DNA of 64,000 nucleotides from Clostridia bacterium (GTDB lineage: Bacteria > Bacillota > Clostridia > UMGS1810): positions 3,429 through 67,428 of the forward strand of contig JAZQFN010000065.1 of NCBI GenBank assembly GCA_045539515.1, given 5' to 3'. Position numbers and translations under genes: made by a program. Of this stretch, positions 36,634 to 46,384 are shown one piece after another. The notes under the pieces are model-generated. The model did no database searches, was not told the DNA's origin, and was given only the letters and a program-made list of their open reading frames with translations. The stretch's first letter is position 1, and the number at the start of each line of letters is the position of its first letter.

Positions 36634-37284
36634 ATGCTTACTTCTTTATTTAGTAATCCCAAGGCTTTTATTACGGGATTGTTGCTTAGCATACCCGGGC
36701 TTATAATAGCCCTTTCCATGCATGAATTTGCTCACGGTTTTGCCGCCTACAAAATGGGCGACAACACCGCCAAATACAGCGGAAGACTTACATTAAACCC
36801 ACTTCACCACTTGGACCCCATAGGTACACTGTGCCTGTTTTTGTGCAAATTTGGCTGGGCAAAGCCCGTGCCCATAAACCCATACAATTTCAGACATCGC
36901 AGACTTGGGGTAATAGTGGTTAGCCTTGCAGGGCCTCTTATGAATTTCCTGGTGGCGCTTATATCCTATTCCTTATTTATAGTATTGCCTCGTTTCGACA
37001 TAATCATTTATGGCGATTTTTGGAGTAAAGTTTTATGGGAATGTCTCATACTCAATATAGGTCTCATGTGCTTTAACTTAATACCCATTCCTCCACTTGA
37101 CGGCTCCAAGGTACTTTTGGAACTTTTACCCTTTGGATTGAGACGAAGCTACTATCAGTTGGAACGTTACTCATCTTTAATACTTATGGCATTACTTCTG
37201 ACCGGAGTTCTCGAACCGGTTGTTGATATAATGTTTAAGGGTGTATTTTTTATAATTTCAAAAATTGTAGGATTGATTTTTTAA
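36634..37284 (+). CDS. Site-2 protease family (M50) membrane metalloprotease
   Basis: HEFAHG zinc motif. Polytopic. NLIPIPPLDG motif. Confidence 0.8.
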   Translation: MLTSLFSNPKAFITGLLLSIPGLIIALSMHEFAHGFAAYKMGDNTAKYSGRLTLNPLHHLDPIGTLCLFLCKFGWAKPVPINPYNFRHRRLGVIVVSLAGPLMNFLVALISYSLFIVLPRFDIIIYGDFWSKVLWECLILNIGLMCFNLIPIPPLDGSKVLLELLPFGLRRSYYQLERYSSLILMALLLTGVLEPVVDIMFKGVFFIISKIVGLIF

Positions 37285-38063
37285 TGGACGAGCTTATATT
37301 TAAAACCGAAAGCTTCGAAGGTCCCCTTGAGCTTCTGGAAAATCTTATAAAAAAGAATAAACTGGACATATGCAAGGTATCTCTCATTGCCATTACAGAC
37401 CAGTACATTGAGTACATAAACAATATGGAAGAGATGAACCTTGAGGTTTCTGCGGATTTTCTTCTGGTGGCATCAAACCTCTTGTACATTAAGTCCAAGG
37501 CACTCCTGCCCAAGCACGACGAGGAAGAAGACGACAGCGAAGAGATTGCACAAAGCCTTACGGAAGCCCTTAAGGAACGCGCCCGTATGAAGATAATATC
37601 CGAAAGATTCCGCACAATGCAGTTTGACGGCACCTTCCGTTTCTTTAAGGAAGAAGAAAAAATTGAAAAGCGCAAGGTAGAGCAAAAGTTTGAAAATTTA
37701 GATATAAACAAGCTCTACGATGCCTTTATGACAGTACTTGAAAAAACTCAGCGAAGAGCTCCCCCACCCAAATCCAACTTTACAGGTATCGTGGGAAGAG
37801 AGCCTGTATCCGTAAGAGATAAAGCAGGCAAGCTCATACATAAACTGAGAAATACCAAGAAGCTTCGCTTTGAGGCTATATTTGAAGATGCAAAACACAA
37901 AAACGAGGTTGTGGCAATATTCCTTGCCATACTGGAGCTTATGAAGCTCAATCAGATTCTCGCCTACGAAGAAGACGAAAAAATAATAATCCGTCTGGGC
38001 GATAATGCAAGCGAAAATACAGAGGAGATATTGTCTAATATCAGCGGTGATTTAAATGAATAG
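37284..38063 (+). CDS. scpA: Segregation and condensation protein A
   Basis: Motif: FEGPLELLENLIKKNKLDI. Located upstream of scpB. Confidence 0.85.
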   Translation: MDELIFKTESFEGPLELLENLIKKNKLDICKVSLIAITDQYIEYINNMEEMNLEVSADFLLVASNLLYIKSKALLPKHDEEEDDSEEIAQSLTEALKERARMKIISERFRTMQFDGTFRFFKEEEKIEKRKVEQKFENLDINKLYDAFMTVLEKTQRRAPPPKSNFTGIVGREPVSVRDKAGKLIHKLRNTKKLRFEAIFEDAKHKNEVVAIFLAILELMKLNQILAYEEDEKIIIRLGDNASENTEEILSNISGDLNE

Positions 38064-38733
38064 AAAACCAAAAGCAATACTTGAGGGAATACTCTTTGCC
38101 ATGGGCGAAGCAGTACCCGTAAAAAGAATAGCCGAAGTTATGGAATTGGAAGAGAAAGAAGTGGAAACACTATTGGAAGAGCTCTCAAACGACTACAACT
38201 CTTCTTCCGAAAGAGGCATACACCTTATACGCCTTGAAGACAGCTACCAGCTATGCACCAAGAGAGAATACTACGACTACATTCATCAGCTTAAAGAAAA
38301 AGCAAGACGCTCTGCCCTTACCAATGCAGGTCTTGAGGTGCTCTCGGTTGTAGCCTACAATCAACCGGTAACAAGAAGCTCCATAGAGTTTATCCGGGGA
38401 GTAAACAGTGACGGTCCCTTAAATAATCTTGTGGCGGCAGGCCTTGTAAGAGAAATGGGCAGACTTGACGCCCCCGGAAGACCCATACTCTTTGGTACAA
38501 CAGACGAATTTTTAAGGTCATTTAATCTGTCTTCCCTTACAGAGCTTCCCGATGTAGACAAGGAATACTCATTTGAAGGACTCAATGCCGAGCTCAGCGG
38601 CGCACCCATACTCATAGGCGAAGACGAGCTCAACAAAGACCAGATTAAGATTGACTTTGAAATAGAAGACCCGGACAAAGACCACGACCCGGAACCTCAG
38701 CAACAGACCCGGATGCTCCTGGACGAAGAATAA
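38056..38733 (+). CDS. scpB: Segregation and condensation protein B
   Basis: Motifs: LEGILFAMGE, LS.AGLEVLSVVAYNQPVTR..IE.IRGV. Confidence 0.85.
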   Translation: MNRKPKAILEGILFAMGEAVPVKRIAEVMELEEKEVETLLEELSNDYNSSSERGIHLIRLEDSYQLCTKREYYDYIHQLKEKARRSALTNAGLEVLSVVAYNQPVTRSSIEFIRGVNSDGPLNNLVAAGLVREMGRLDAPGRPILFGTTDEFLRSFNLSSLTELPDVDKEYSFEGLNAELSGAPILIGEDELNKDQIKIDFEIEDPDKDHDPEPQQQTRMLLDEE

Positions 38734-38762
38734 ACCCTTAGACTCCACCCGGAGGTCATAGT

Positions 38763-39308
38763 ATGACTGTACTCTACACTATACTCGCCATATTGATTGT
38801 GGCGGTAATATGGCTTTTATTGTCGAAAATAAAAGTGTATTATGAATATCATAAATATCCCGAAGAGAAATTCTCATCTACCCTTAAGCTGAAATTGGGA
38901 TTTATAGACCTTACATGGCTTATAAAAGAAAAATCCCTTGAAGAAAAGCTTAAGTTCTGGCTGAAGGTTCTTAAAATTCTAAAAGAGGTATACCCTAAAA
39001 ACAGAACCTTTGTGCAGAAAAGTCTTATAATAAATGACATAGACTTCCACATTAAGTTCGGTCTGTCTGACCCGGACAAAACCGCACCGGCAGCTGCCGG
39101 AATATGGGCATTCTTGCACAGTATTCTTTCCCTTGCCAGTTCCCTGGGTACTCTTAAAGACCACTTCTTTGAAGTGGCACCTGTATACACGGAACCCGGA
39201 CTTATAGTAAAAGGACATTTTAAGATATCCATAAGGTTAATAAATGCGCTTTCCATTTTGTGGAAAATGTATTTGATATATAGAAAATTACCCAAAGAAA
39301 GTAAATAA
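38763..39308 (+). CDS. YtfI-like (DUF2953) sporulation-associated membrane protein
   Basis: N-terminal TM segment. Sits immediately upstream of the ytfJ/GerW homolog, as in Bacilli and Clostridia. The call rests on synteny. Confidence 0.5.
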   Translation: MTVLYTILAILIVAVIWLLLSKIKVYYEYHKYPEEKFSSTLKLKLGFIDLTWLIKEKSLEEKLKFWLKVLKILKEVYPKNRTFVQKSLIINDIDFHIKFGLSDPDKTAPAAAGIWAFLHSILSLASSLGTLKDHFFEVAPVYTEPGLIVKGHFKISIRLINALSILWKMYLIYRKLPKESK

Positions 39309-39329
39309 TATTAAAAAGGCGGCGATATT

Positions 39330-39788
39330 ATGGAAAAACATCCCCTCGAAGGCTTAACAAGTGAATCTATGGAGCAGATTAAAAAGCTCGTAGATGTCAA
39401 CACAATAGTTGGCAACCCTGTAACAACCCCCGACGGCACTACTATCATACCCGTGTCCAAGGTTACATTCGGATTTGGTTCAGGCGGAAGCGAATTCAGC
39501 CAGCGCCCTGACTCAAAGGCAGGCGGCAACCTCTTTGGCGGTGCTACAGGCGGAACAGTATCTATTAACCCTGTGGCATTTCTGGTAGTAAATTCCGACC
39601 ATGTAAGACTTCTCTCCGTAAACGGCTCCACAACCACAGCAGATAAGCTTATAGACCTTATCCCCGAGCTTATTACAAAGGTAACCAAGCTCACCAATGA
39701 AATGATGGATAAGAGAGCAGCACGCAAAGCAAAGGAAGCCAAAGCATCGGAAGTGGAAGTTGAAGCATCCGAAGACATCGAACTTTAA
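39330..39788 (+). CDS. ytfJ: GerW/YtfJ family sporulation protein
   Basis: Motif: IIPVSKVTFGFGSGGSEF...GGATGGTVSINPVAFLVV. Confidence 0.75.
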   Translation: MEKHPLEGLTSESMEQIKKLVDVNTIVGNPVTTPDGTTIIPVSKVTFGFGSGGSEFSQRPDSKAGGNLFGGATGGTVSINPVAFLVVNSDHVRLLSVNGSTTTADKLIDLIPELITKVTKLTNEMMDKRAARKAKEAKASEVEVEASEDIEL

Positions 39789-39811
39789 GACGTTATTAAG
39801 ACAATAAACCC

Positions 39812-39847
39812 AAAAAAATAAACCTCCCATCCGGGAGGTTTATTTTT
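39812..39847. terminator. Bidirectional terminator
   Basis: AAACCTCCC-ATCC-GGGAGGTTT flanked by an A-run and a T-run. Confidence 0.75.
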
Positions 39848-39855
39848 ATGTTAAA

Positions 39856-41451
39856 TTATTTGTAATCCTTGGGGTTGGTCTTGTGGGGGTTATCCTTAAG
39901 ATATGCATTTACTGCTTCTCTGTTCTGACGGAACTGTTCCATAGCTTCGGGATGTTCCTTCACATATGTATCAACCTGTGTCTGTACAAACTTTAAGTAC
40001 TTATCAATACCTGCTACTTTGAGAGCTTCTTTTTCCTTCTTAATAGCTTCATCAACATTGCTTACTGCACCATAGAGTCTGGGCATGGAGTACTCTTTGT
40101 ATACATCATCAAGTCGAACTGCCATAGCCTGTGTATCTACTGTGTCGCCTGTCTGGATGGGGCAGTTAACAAGAGGATCGTTTACGGTCTTGTTTGCAAG
40201 TTCCTCTTCAAGTGCTACTGCATAAGGATAGTCATACTTTGTAGCAAAGTCAAATTCTGTATTTCTGATGCTTACCCAGGGAGCAGTATATACTTTTTCT
40301 TCGGCAACTTCAAGAGGTTCATAACCTGCATCGGTAATATCGAAGTGAACGCCCTGTTCACCATACTGAATAAGGTAGTACAGGTCTTTGTTTTCAAGTA
40401 CAGCATTTAAAACCTTAAGTGCATTTGCCTTGTTGGTAGATGTAGCACTAATTGCTGTACCATAGCTTACATAGTTGTATGCTCTCTGGTACTTTTCGTA
40501 TAATGAATAGAAACGGACATCCCAATTCTTTGCTGCGGGAACCTTCTTTAAATCGTTGTAAAGTACATTACCTACAGCAGGAGAACCTACCCACGCCATA
40601 GCACTCTTACCGTTTCTAAAGTTTTCTTCGGAGGAAACATCTGCGGAAAGAATGGACTTGGAGAATACACCTGCATCGTACCACTTCTTAACGGTATCAG
40701 AATACTCCTTAACTTCGGGAGTATCTACACCAAGGAAGAGCTTATATTCGTCATCGAAGAGATTGTAGTAGTAGTGGGATGCGTAAGAGAGTGAACCGGG
40801 ATTTGCCCAGCCCCAGTCTGCGGCAAACATTACAAATATCATATAACCCGAACCACCGTTGGTGTTGTAGGGAATAACATTGTGCTCGCCTCTGTTTTTA
40901 CCTTCGGCAACTGCCATAAGGAACTTATCGATATCCTCGATGGTATCAAGAGTTTCAATGCCGTACTTATCCATAAGGTCGCCACGTACACCGTAGCATC
41001 TGTTTGCAGCCCAGCTGTCGCCTATAGCAGGGATTAAATAGTACTTACCTTCGTATCTGGCAACATCCAGCTGTTCCTGACCGTTTTCCCATATGTAGGG
41101 AGCGTACTTCTTGAAGTCTTCTTCCTTAATCTCCATAAATGCGCCCTTGGCAACATTCTTCCAGTAGCCCTGATGGTCAGGAGCTCCGATAAGGTCAAAC
41201 TTATCACCGGCTGAGAAAAGAAGGTCATACTGAGTGGAATCGTAAGCTACAAATTCGATTGTGCATCCGGTAAGTTCCTTAACTCTCTTGTTGATAAGGT
41301 CGAATACTCTCTGGTTATCCGGACCCATATCCATGGTTACGTACCATGTTACCACATCGCTTCCCTGTTCCTCTTCCTTGCCACAGCCTGCAAAAAGACT
41401 TGCCGCAATAACAAGAACAAGAATAAGGGAAATAATTCTGAACTTTTTCAT
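39856..41451 (-). CDS. Extracellular solute-binding lipoprotein (large family-1 ABC sugar-binding type)
   Basis: Lipobox LFAGCGK. 531 aa. No permease or ATPase gene is adjacent. Confidence 0.75.
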   Translation of the reverse strand: MKKFRIISLILVLVIAASLFAGCGKEEEQGSDVVTWYVTMDMGPDNQRVFDLINKRVKELTGCTIEFVAYDSTQYDLLFSAGDKFDLIGAPDHQGYWKNVAKGAFMEIKEEDFKKYAPYIWENGQEQLDVARYEGKYYLIPAIGDSWAANRCYGVRGDLMDKYGIETLDTIEDIDKFLMAVAEGKNRGEHNVIPYNTNGGSGYMIFVMFAADWGWANPGSLSYASHYYYNLFDDEYKLFLGVDTPEVKEYSDTVKKWYDAGVFSKSILSADVSSEENFRNGKSAMAWVGSPAVGNVLYNDLKKVPAAKNWDVRFYSLYEKYQRAYNYVSYGTAISATSTNKANALKVLNAVLENKDLYYLIQYGEQGVHFDITDAGYEPLEVAEEKVYTAPWVSIRNTEFDFATKYDYPYAVALEEELANKTVNDPLVNCPIQTGDTVDTQAMAVRLDDVYKEYSMPRLYGAVSNVDEAIKKEKEALKVAGIDKYLKFVQTQVDTYVKEHPEAMEQFRQNREAVNAYLKDNPHKTNPKDYK

Positions 41452-41677
41452 TTTCTTTTCGGGATTCGATTAAAAAACGAATCCGCCTCCTTTCATAATA
41501 TTTATATAATATAATCCTACGATTATATTATTACATAAAAATTTTTAAATTGCAATATATAAAATTGCTGTTTTTAATGTTCAAAGTTGTTGTTTTAATA
41601 CAAAGGGTTATGTATCTTTTCATTTTTATTATGATATACCCTTGTGACGGTATTTGTGTGCAAAAATGGTGCTGATT

Positions 41678-42664
41678 TTATTTACTGTACTTTTCCCCAT
41701 TGGTTCTTAAGGCGTGCTCAAGCTCCACAGACTGAATTGCGCTCTCCAAATCGCAGATTACCTCGTCGGAGTGTCTTAAGTGTTCAAAGAAAAGTCTGTT
41801 TTCTTCGTAGAAACCGCTAAGCTCAAACATTTCAAGGCTGTCGGACAGGGTATCGCCTGTTATAACCTCCTGCACATAGTTAACCTTAACGTGGGTAAGC
41901 TTTCCGGGAACATCTATATTGTTCCAGAAGGGAAGCTCCACAAAGTAGGAATTATCCACAGTGTTTACGGTAATTCTCTCTACCACCGAACCTCCTGCAG
42001 GCATAAAGCTTATTTGGGCAAGCACACCGTTTTCCATAATGGCGTTCATAGCTATATTTTTTACATTCCTGCCAAATTCAGGAAGCTGCTGATAAGTAAA
42101 GCTTACATCTTTATAATCGGCGCCTATAATGTCCTTTACCACATCTATGGCGTGAATTGCAGTAGTTGCAAAATCTTCTTCATAACGCTGTGTACGATAC
42201 ATCTGATATGTAATGTTTAAAATCTTGCCTTCATCTTTAGCCAAAAGTTCCTTAAGCTTTAATATAAGGGGCGTATACCGGCGGTTAAAGGCAGTACGAA
42301 CATTAACTCCGCTTTCCTTTGCTGCCTTAAGCATAAGCTCGATTTCTTCCACATTTTTTCCGGGAGGTTTTTCCATTATAATGTTGTAGCCCTTTTTCAT
42401 GATGTCAATTGACATAGGACAGGTAAGCTTCACCGGGCAAAGAAGGGAAACCACATCGGGTTTTACTTCGTCCAGCATTTTTTTGTAGTCGGTATAGTAT
42501 GCTTCAAAACCGAACTGCTCTTTAAAGCTTTTTGCTGCCTCTTCGTTTACATCACAGCAAGCCGCAAGGCACACGTTATCATAGTCATTTTTGTACTTTG
42601 CAAAAGCAGGTCCGTGGCCGGTTCTTGCCATAGCACCGCAACCTATGGAACAAATCTTAAACAT
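41678..42664 (-). CDS. Gfo/Idh/MocA family oxidoreductase
   Basis: N-terminal Rossmann motif ICSIGCGAMA, then EKP motif (MEKPPG). Confidence 0.8.
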   Translation of the reverse strand: MFKICSIGCGAMARTGHGPAFAKYKNDYDNVCLAACCDVNEEAAKSFKEQFGFEAYYTDYKKMLDEVKPDVVSLLCPVKLTCPMSIDIMKKGYNIIMEKPPGKNVEEIELMLKAAKESGVNVRTAFNRRYTPLILKLKELLAKDEGKILNITYQMYRTQRYEEDFATTAIHAIDVVKDIIGADYKDVSFTYQQLPEFGRNVKNIAMNAIMENGVLAQISFMPAGGSVVERITVNTVDNSYFVELPFWNNIDVPGKLTHVKVNYVQEVITGDTLSDSLEMFELSGFYEENRLFFEHLRHSDEVICDLESAIQSVELEHALRTNGEKYSK

Positions 42665-42700
42665 TGATGTTTCCTCCAGTGTTATCAGTTCTTATTGAAA

Positions 42701-42892
42701 GGGAGATTCTTCGCTTCGCTCAGATAAGTGATGCCCCAAGAGCGTATGCGATTGGGTGGCAGAACTTATCTGAGCGAATGCAATGAGTCGTAATGACATT
42801 TTGGTTTTATTGTTGTGGAGATTCTTCGCTTCGCTTTAGAATGACATTCTGATTTTATTGCCGGGGAGATTCTTCGCTTCGCTCAGAATGAC
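42701..42892. repeat. Cluster of three copies of the GGAGATTCTTCGCTTCGCTCAGAATGAC repeat
   Basis: Copies start near 42701, 42827 and 42865. The first is expanded by a 13-bp perfect inverted repeat, CGCTCAGATAAGT/ACTTATCTGAGCG. Confidence 0.8.
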
Positions 42893-42913
42893 ACCTTGTT
42901 GATGTATTTCTTA

Positions 42914-44089
42914 TTAACCGTGAAATTCCTCGGTTAAAGGCATATACATATCGGGTCGGCGTTCGTACTTATAGATATTTCTGCCCTCTCCGCTTCCTGC
43001 ACCTACAGACAGACATTTCTCCCAATGGGGCTCATTGATGTCCACAGTTGCCACGGCGTAGTGCTTATCCCCCACTGTATCTATGGATTCACCGGATTTA
43101 TCCTGAATTCTTGTCATCTTAAGATGCTCCGAGGATACCACATAAGCACCTGTTACGTAGGAAACGGCATATGCCTGTGGAAAACCCCAACCTCTTGTAG
43201 GGTTAACAATAATATCGCAATTGTCCTTGTAGAGAAGCTGACCCATTTCGGGGAACCATATATCCCAGCAGATTACAAAGCCTATTCTGCCGATATCGGT
43301 ATCCACAACTACTGACTTATCGCCGGGGGTTATGCCCATTTCGTATTCCATAATGGTAAGATGTATTTTGTCGTATTCGGCAATGATTTCGCCCTTGCGG
43401 TCAAAGAGCAGACACCTGTTGTAGCGGTTGCCCTTTTCTTCAATATGCCAGGAACCGGAAATATATATACCGTGCTCTTTTGCCTTTTCGGCAATTCGTG
43501 TTACTGCAGGGTGCTCGTAGGTTACAAACTTTTTATCCAAAGGAATTACCGGGTCGCACATATTGTGCCAATGCTCTGTAAGCACAATAAGGTCGGGGTT
43601 TTCCTTGGCTACAATCTTGTCTATTTCATCACAATAGGCCTGAATTGTGGACTCGTGAGTCTGTATTCTGTCTTCCACAATAGTATTGCTGAGTGCCGCC
43701 ATAGTTACAACCTTCGGCTCATAATTGCCTATACATTCGTAGGTTATATCCCCCAAAATCGCCACTGCATCTTCCTTGCAATGATAGAGAGCATCTATGG
43801 TAAATTCCACGGAGCTTTCAGGTGAGGTTATTACATCTTCGGCTTCTATGTAGCTTCTGTACTTTCTGTAGCCGGTTTCATCATACCAGTTTACAAGGAG
43901 CTTTTCCTTAGTATTTCCGGGCTTGGAATCAATAGAAATACGGTATTTTTTGCCTTCTTCACAAGGCATTTTGTCACTTTGATACCACACTCTTGCCCAC
44001 ATATCCGTGGTAAATTCCGAAACAACCTTTTTGTCGCAAAATGCAGTTTTTACACGACTGTCTGCAGCCATAACATTCCAGTTAATCAT
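42914..44089 (-). CDS. Carbon-nitrogen hydrolase (nitrilase superfamily) with ~130-aa N-terminal extension
   Basis: E-K-C triad context: LIVLTEHW, YDKIHL, FVICWDIWFPE. Confidence 0.7.
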   Translation of the reverse strand: MINWNVMAADSRVKTAFCDKKVVSEFTTDMWARVWYQSDKMPCEEGKKYRISIDSKPGNTKEKLLVNWYDETGYRKYRSYIEAEDVITSPESSVEFTIDALYHCKEDAVAILGDITYECIGNYEPKVVTMAALSNTIVEDRIQTHESTIQAYCDEIDKIVAKENPDLIVLTEHWHNMCDPVIPLDKKFVTYEHPAVTRIAEKAKEHGIYISGSWHIEEKGNRYNRCLLFDRKGEIIAEYDKIHLTIMEYEMGITPGDKSVVVDTDIGRIGFVICWDIWFPEMGQLLYKDNCDIIVNPTRGWGFPQAYAVSYVTGAYVVSSEHLKMTRIQDKSGESIDTVGDKHYAVATVDINEPHWEKCLSVGAGSGEGRNIYKYERRPDMYMPLTEEFHG

Positions 44090-44100
44090 AAGTGTTTACC

Positions 44101-45138
44101 TCACTTTTTCTTTTTAAGTCCTTCGTGGGTCATTCTCTTACCCTGCTCATAGGAAACTACGTGTTCAAAATTATTTTTTCCCTCTAAGAACTTTTCCACA
44201 TCGTCTAAAACTGCCAAAGTTACAAGCTCTCTGTAGTCCAATGTAGGTCCGCCCTGATGAGGGAGAAGTATTGCATTTTCAAGTTTTCTTATGGGAGCAT
44301 CCATGGGAAGGGGCTCCACGGAGTATACATCAATAGCAGCTCTTATGTCGGGTCTTTCTTTAAGAACCTCGGCGAGAGCTTCTTCGTCTATTACGGGACC
44401 TCTTGCGGTATTTACGATTACACCGTTGGGTTTCATCCTTCGCATATGCTCGCCCTTAACCAGGTGATAGGTCTTTTCGTTGAGCCCTGAATGAACGGAT
44501 ACAAAATCACAGGTTTCAAAAATTTCGTCAAGAGATGCCACCCTTACCCCGAAGCCGTCTGCCGCATCCTGCTTTAAATATTCGGAGTGAACCAGAATCT
44601 CATCTACGCAAAATGCTTTGAGAAGAGGTACAACATCCTTGGCTATTTCGCCAAAGCCCACAAGACCAATCTTTTTGCCTCTTAAGCCCCATACGTTTGT
44701 GTTGTACTTAGACCAGCCGTCATTCATCATCTGCTGATTTATCTTAATGAAGTGTCTGCCTGCCGCAAGCATATATAAAACAGTCCCTTCCGCAACGGAT
44801 TGTGCAAATACCTTGTTTCCGGAAAGAATAGGAATATTTCTCTTTTCAAGTGCACCGTCTTCGGAGAGCAAAAGAGCTATGGAGCCGCCTACATGTACAA
44901 CCATTTTAAGGCTGTCTGCACACGCCACAATTTCTTCGTCAAAAGGAATTGCACCCCAGCCTGTAAACACTATGTCTACGCCCTTTACGGCTTGTTTCCA
45001 TTCATCCTTTGTAAATGGTCTGCCAAGGTCGTTGTAAGCTACTTCATCAGCAAGAGGAATCAGTCTGTCCAATACCTTCTTAGTATAGAAAGTATCAAAG
45101 GTGTCATTACCTCTGGGATAAGATAATAAAAACTTCAT
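44101..45138 (-). CDS. D-isomer-specific 2-hydroxyacid dehydrogenase family protein
   Basis: Motifs: GLVGFGEIA, NTARG, HQGG. Confidence 0.8.
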   Translation of the reverse strand: MKFLLSYPRGNDTFDTFYTKKVLDRLIPLADEVAYNDLGRPFTKDEWKQAVKGVDIVFTGWGAIPFDEEIVACADSLKMVVHVGGSIALLLSEDGALEKRNIPILSGNKVFAQSVAEGTVLYMLAAGRHFIKINQQMMNDGWSKYNTNVWGLRGKKIGLVGFGEIAKDVVPLLKAFCVDEILVHSEYLKQDAADGFGVRVASLDEIFETCDFVSVHSGLNEKTYHLVKGEHMRRMKPNGVIVNTARGPVIDEEALAEVLKERPDIRAAIDVYSVEPLPMDAPIRKLENAILLPHQGGPTLDYRELVTLAVLDDVEKFLEGKNNFEHVVSYEQGKRMTHEGLKKKK

Positions 45139-45239
45139 TTAATGTACCTCGTTTCTCTATATTCTGTTGACTTCATTGTAGCAATTATGTTACACTAAAT
45201 GTAGGGGTAATATTGTTTGATTTAGGGGGTATACATGTT

Positions 45240-46103
45240 ATGAATATGGATTATAGCCTACTCGAATCTGGTCAGGATTTCAGCATAGAAATAACTGAAA
45301 GCACCTGGACATCCACTCACAACCACTGGCACCTGGAATTTGGATATGTGCTTGAGGGCAGCGCCATACACGAATGGAACTATGTAAGCAATACCATAGA
45401 AGAGGGCAACTTCTACATAATAGGCTGCGGCTCACCTCATTCATATATGGCAACATCCAAAAGCTTAAAAATTATAACCGTTAAATTTAACCCGGTATTC
45501 TTTGACCCCAATCTTTTCGGCGCAAGGAGCTTTTTCGAGGTACTTTCCTGCAGAAACTTCGGTTTTCATATGGAGCTGTTTTCAGTACCGCCCGTACCTC
45601 ACACATACAAAGACCATGACGGCTCAGCTCTCAAACTTTTAAATGAAATTCTGGAAGAATACCAAAACAAAAAAGCCGGATACCTTGAGGTAATAAGAGC
45701 AAAGTTTACTCTGCTGATTATAAATGCCGTGCGTCCGCTGTATGCGGATGTAGTGCATCCAACTGCCAACAAAACCGACCGATTTACAGAGGTTATCCGC
45801 TATATAAACTCAAGCTACTCTAAAAACATAACCTTAAATGACATATGCTCCATTATAAACTACACTCCGGCACATATGAGCAAGAAGTTTAAAGCCAATA
45901 TGGGCATAACCTTTTTTGAATACTTAAGGCGGATACGAATAGCATCCGCCCAGCGATTACTGATGAATACCGGCAAATCCATAGACGAAATAATGAATAT
46001 GGTTGGCTATCAGGACAAAAAGTCCTTCTACGGTGCTTTCCGCAAGGTGACGGGAACTACTCCCGATGCTTACAGGAGAAGACATAATTATGGTAGCCGA
46101 TAA
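45240..46103 (+). CDS. AraC family transcriptional regulator (cupin + HTH)
   Basis: C-terminal HTH_18 region: ITLNDICSIINYTPAHMSKKFK...SIDEIMNMVGYQDKKSFYGAFRK. Confidence 0.8.
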   Translation: MNMDYSLLESGQDFSIEITESTWTSTHNHWHLEFGYVLEGSAIHEWNYVSNTIEEGNFYIIGCGSPHSYMATSKSLKIITVKFNPVFFDPNLFGARSFFEVLSCRNFGFHMELFSVPPVPHTYKDHDGSALKLLNEILEEYQNKKAGYLEVIRAKFTLLIINAVRPLYADVVHPTANKTDRFTEVIRYINSSYSKNITLNDICSIINYTPAHMSKKFKANMGITFFEYLRRIRIASAQRLLMNTGKSIDEIMNMVGYQDKKSFYGAFRKVTGTTPDAYRRRHNYGSR

Positions 46104-46133
46104 ATTTTTGAATGAGGCTAATACGACCAATAT

Positions 46134-46378
46134 GTCATTCTGAGCGTAGCCGTTAGGCGAAGTCGAAGAATCTCCATAGAAAGTGTGAGTCTCATTTGCA
46201 AGGAAGATTCCTCACATGCGTTCGGAATGACAATGTGGTGGTAAATTTCGGTTTATCGCTGTGTCCGATAAGCGAGACGCTCGTCCGTGTATGTCATCCT
46301 GAAGCGAAGCTGAAGGATCTCCATAGAAAGTGAGATTCTCAATTGTAAAGAAGATTCTTCGCTAACGCTCAGAATGAC
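46134..46378. repeat. Two inverted pairs of the same repeat family (GTCATTCTGAGCG...GAAGAATCTCC / GAAGATTC...CAGAATGAC)
   Basis: Pairs at 46134-46233 and 46293-46378. Each can form a ~95-nt hairpin. Confidence 0.8.
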
Positions 46379-46384
46379 AAAACA

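Noticed and set aside
42701-42892. A possible small CRISPR array, suggested by three similar ~28-nt units in tandem.
   Set aside because: Spacing is irregular (~126 and ~38 bp). The units recur in inverted orientation at 46.1-46.4 kb and 53.2 kb. No cas genes or leader are present. This is a dispersed palindromic repeat family, not a CRISPR.
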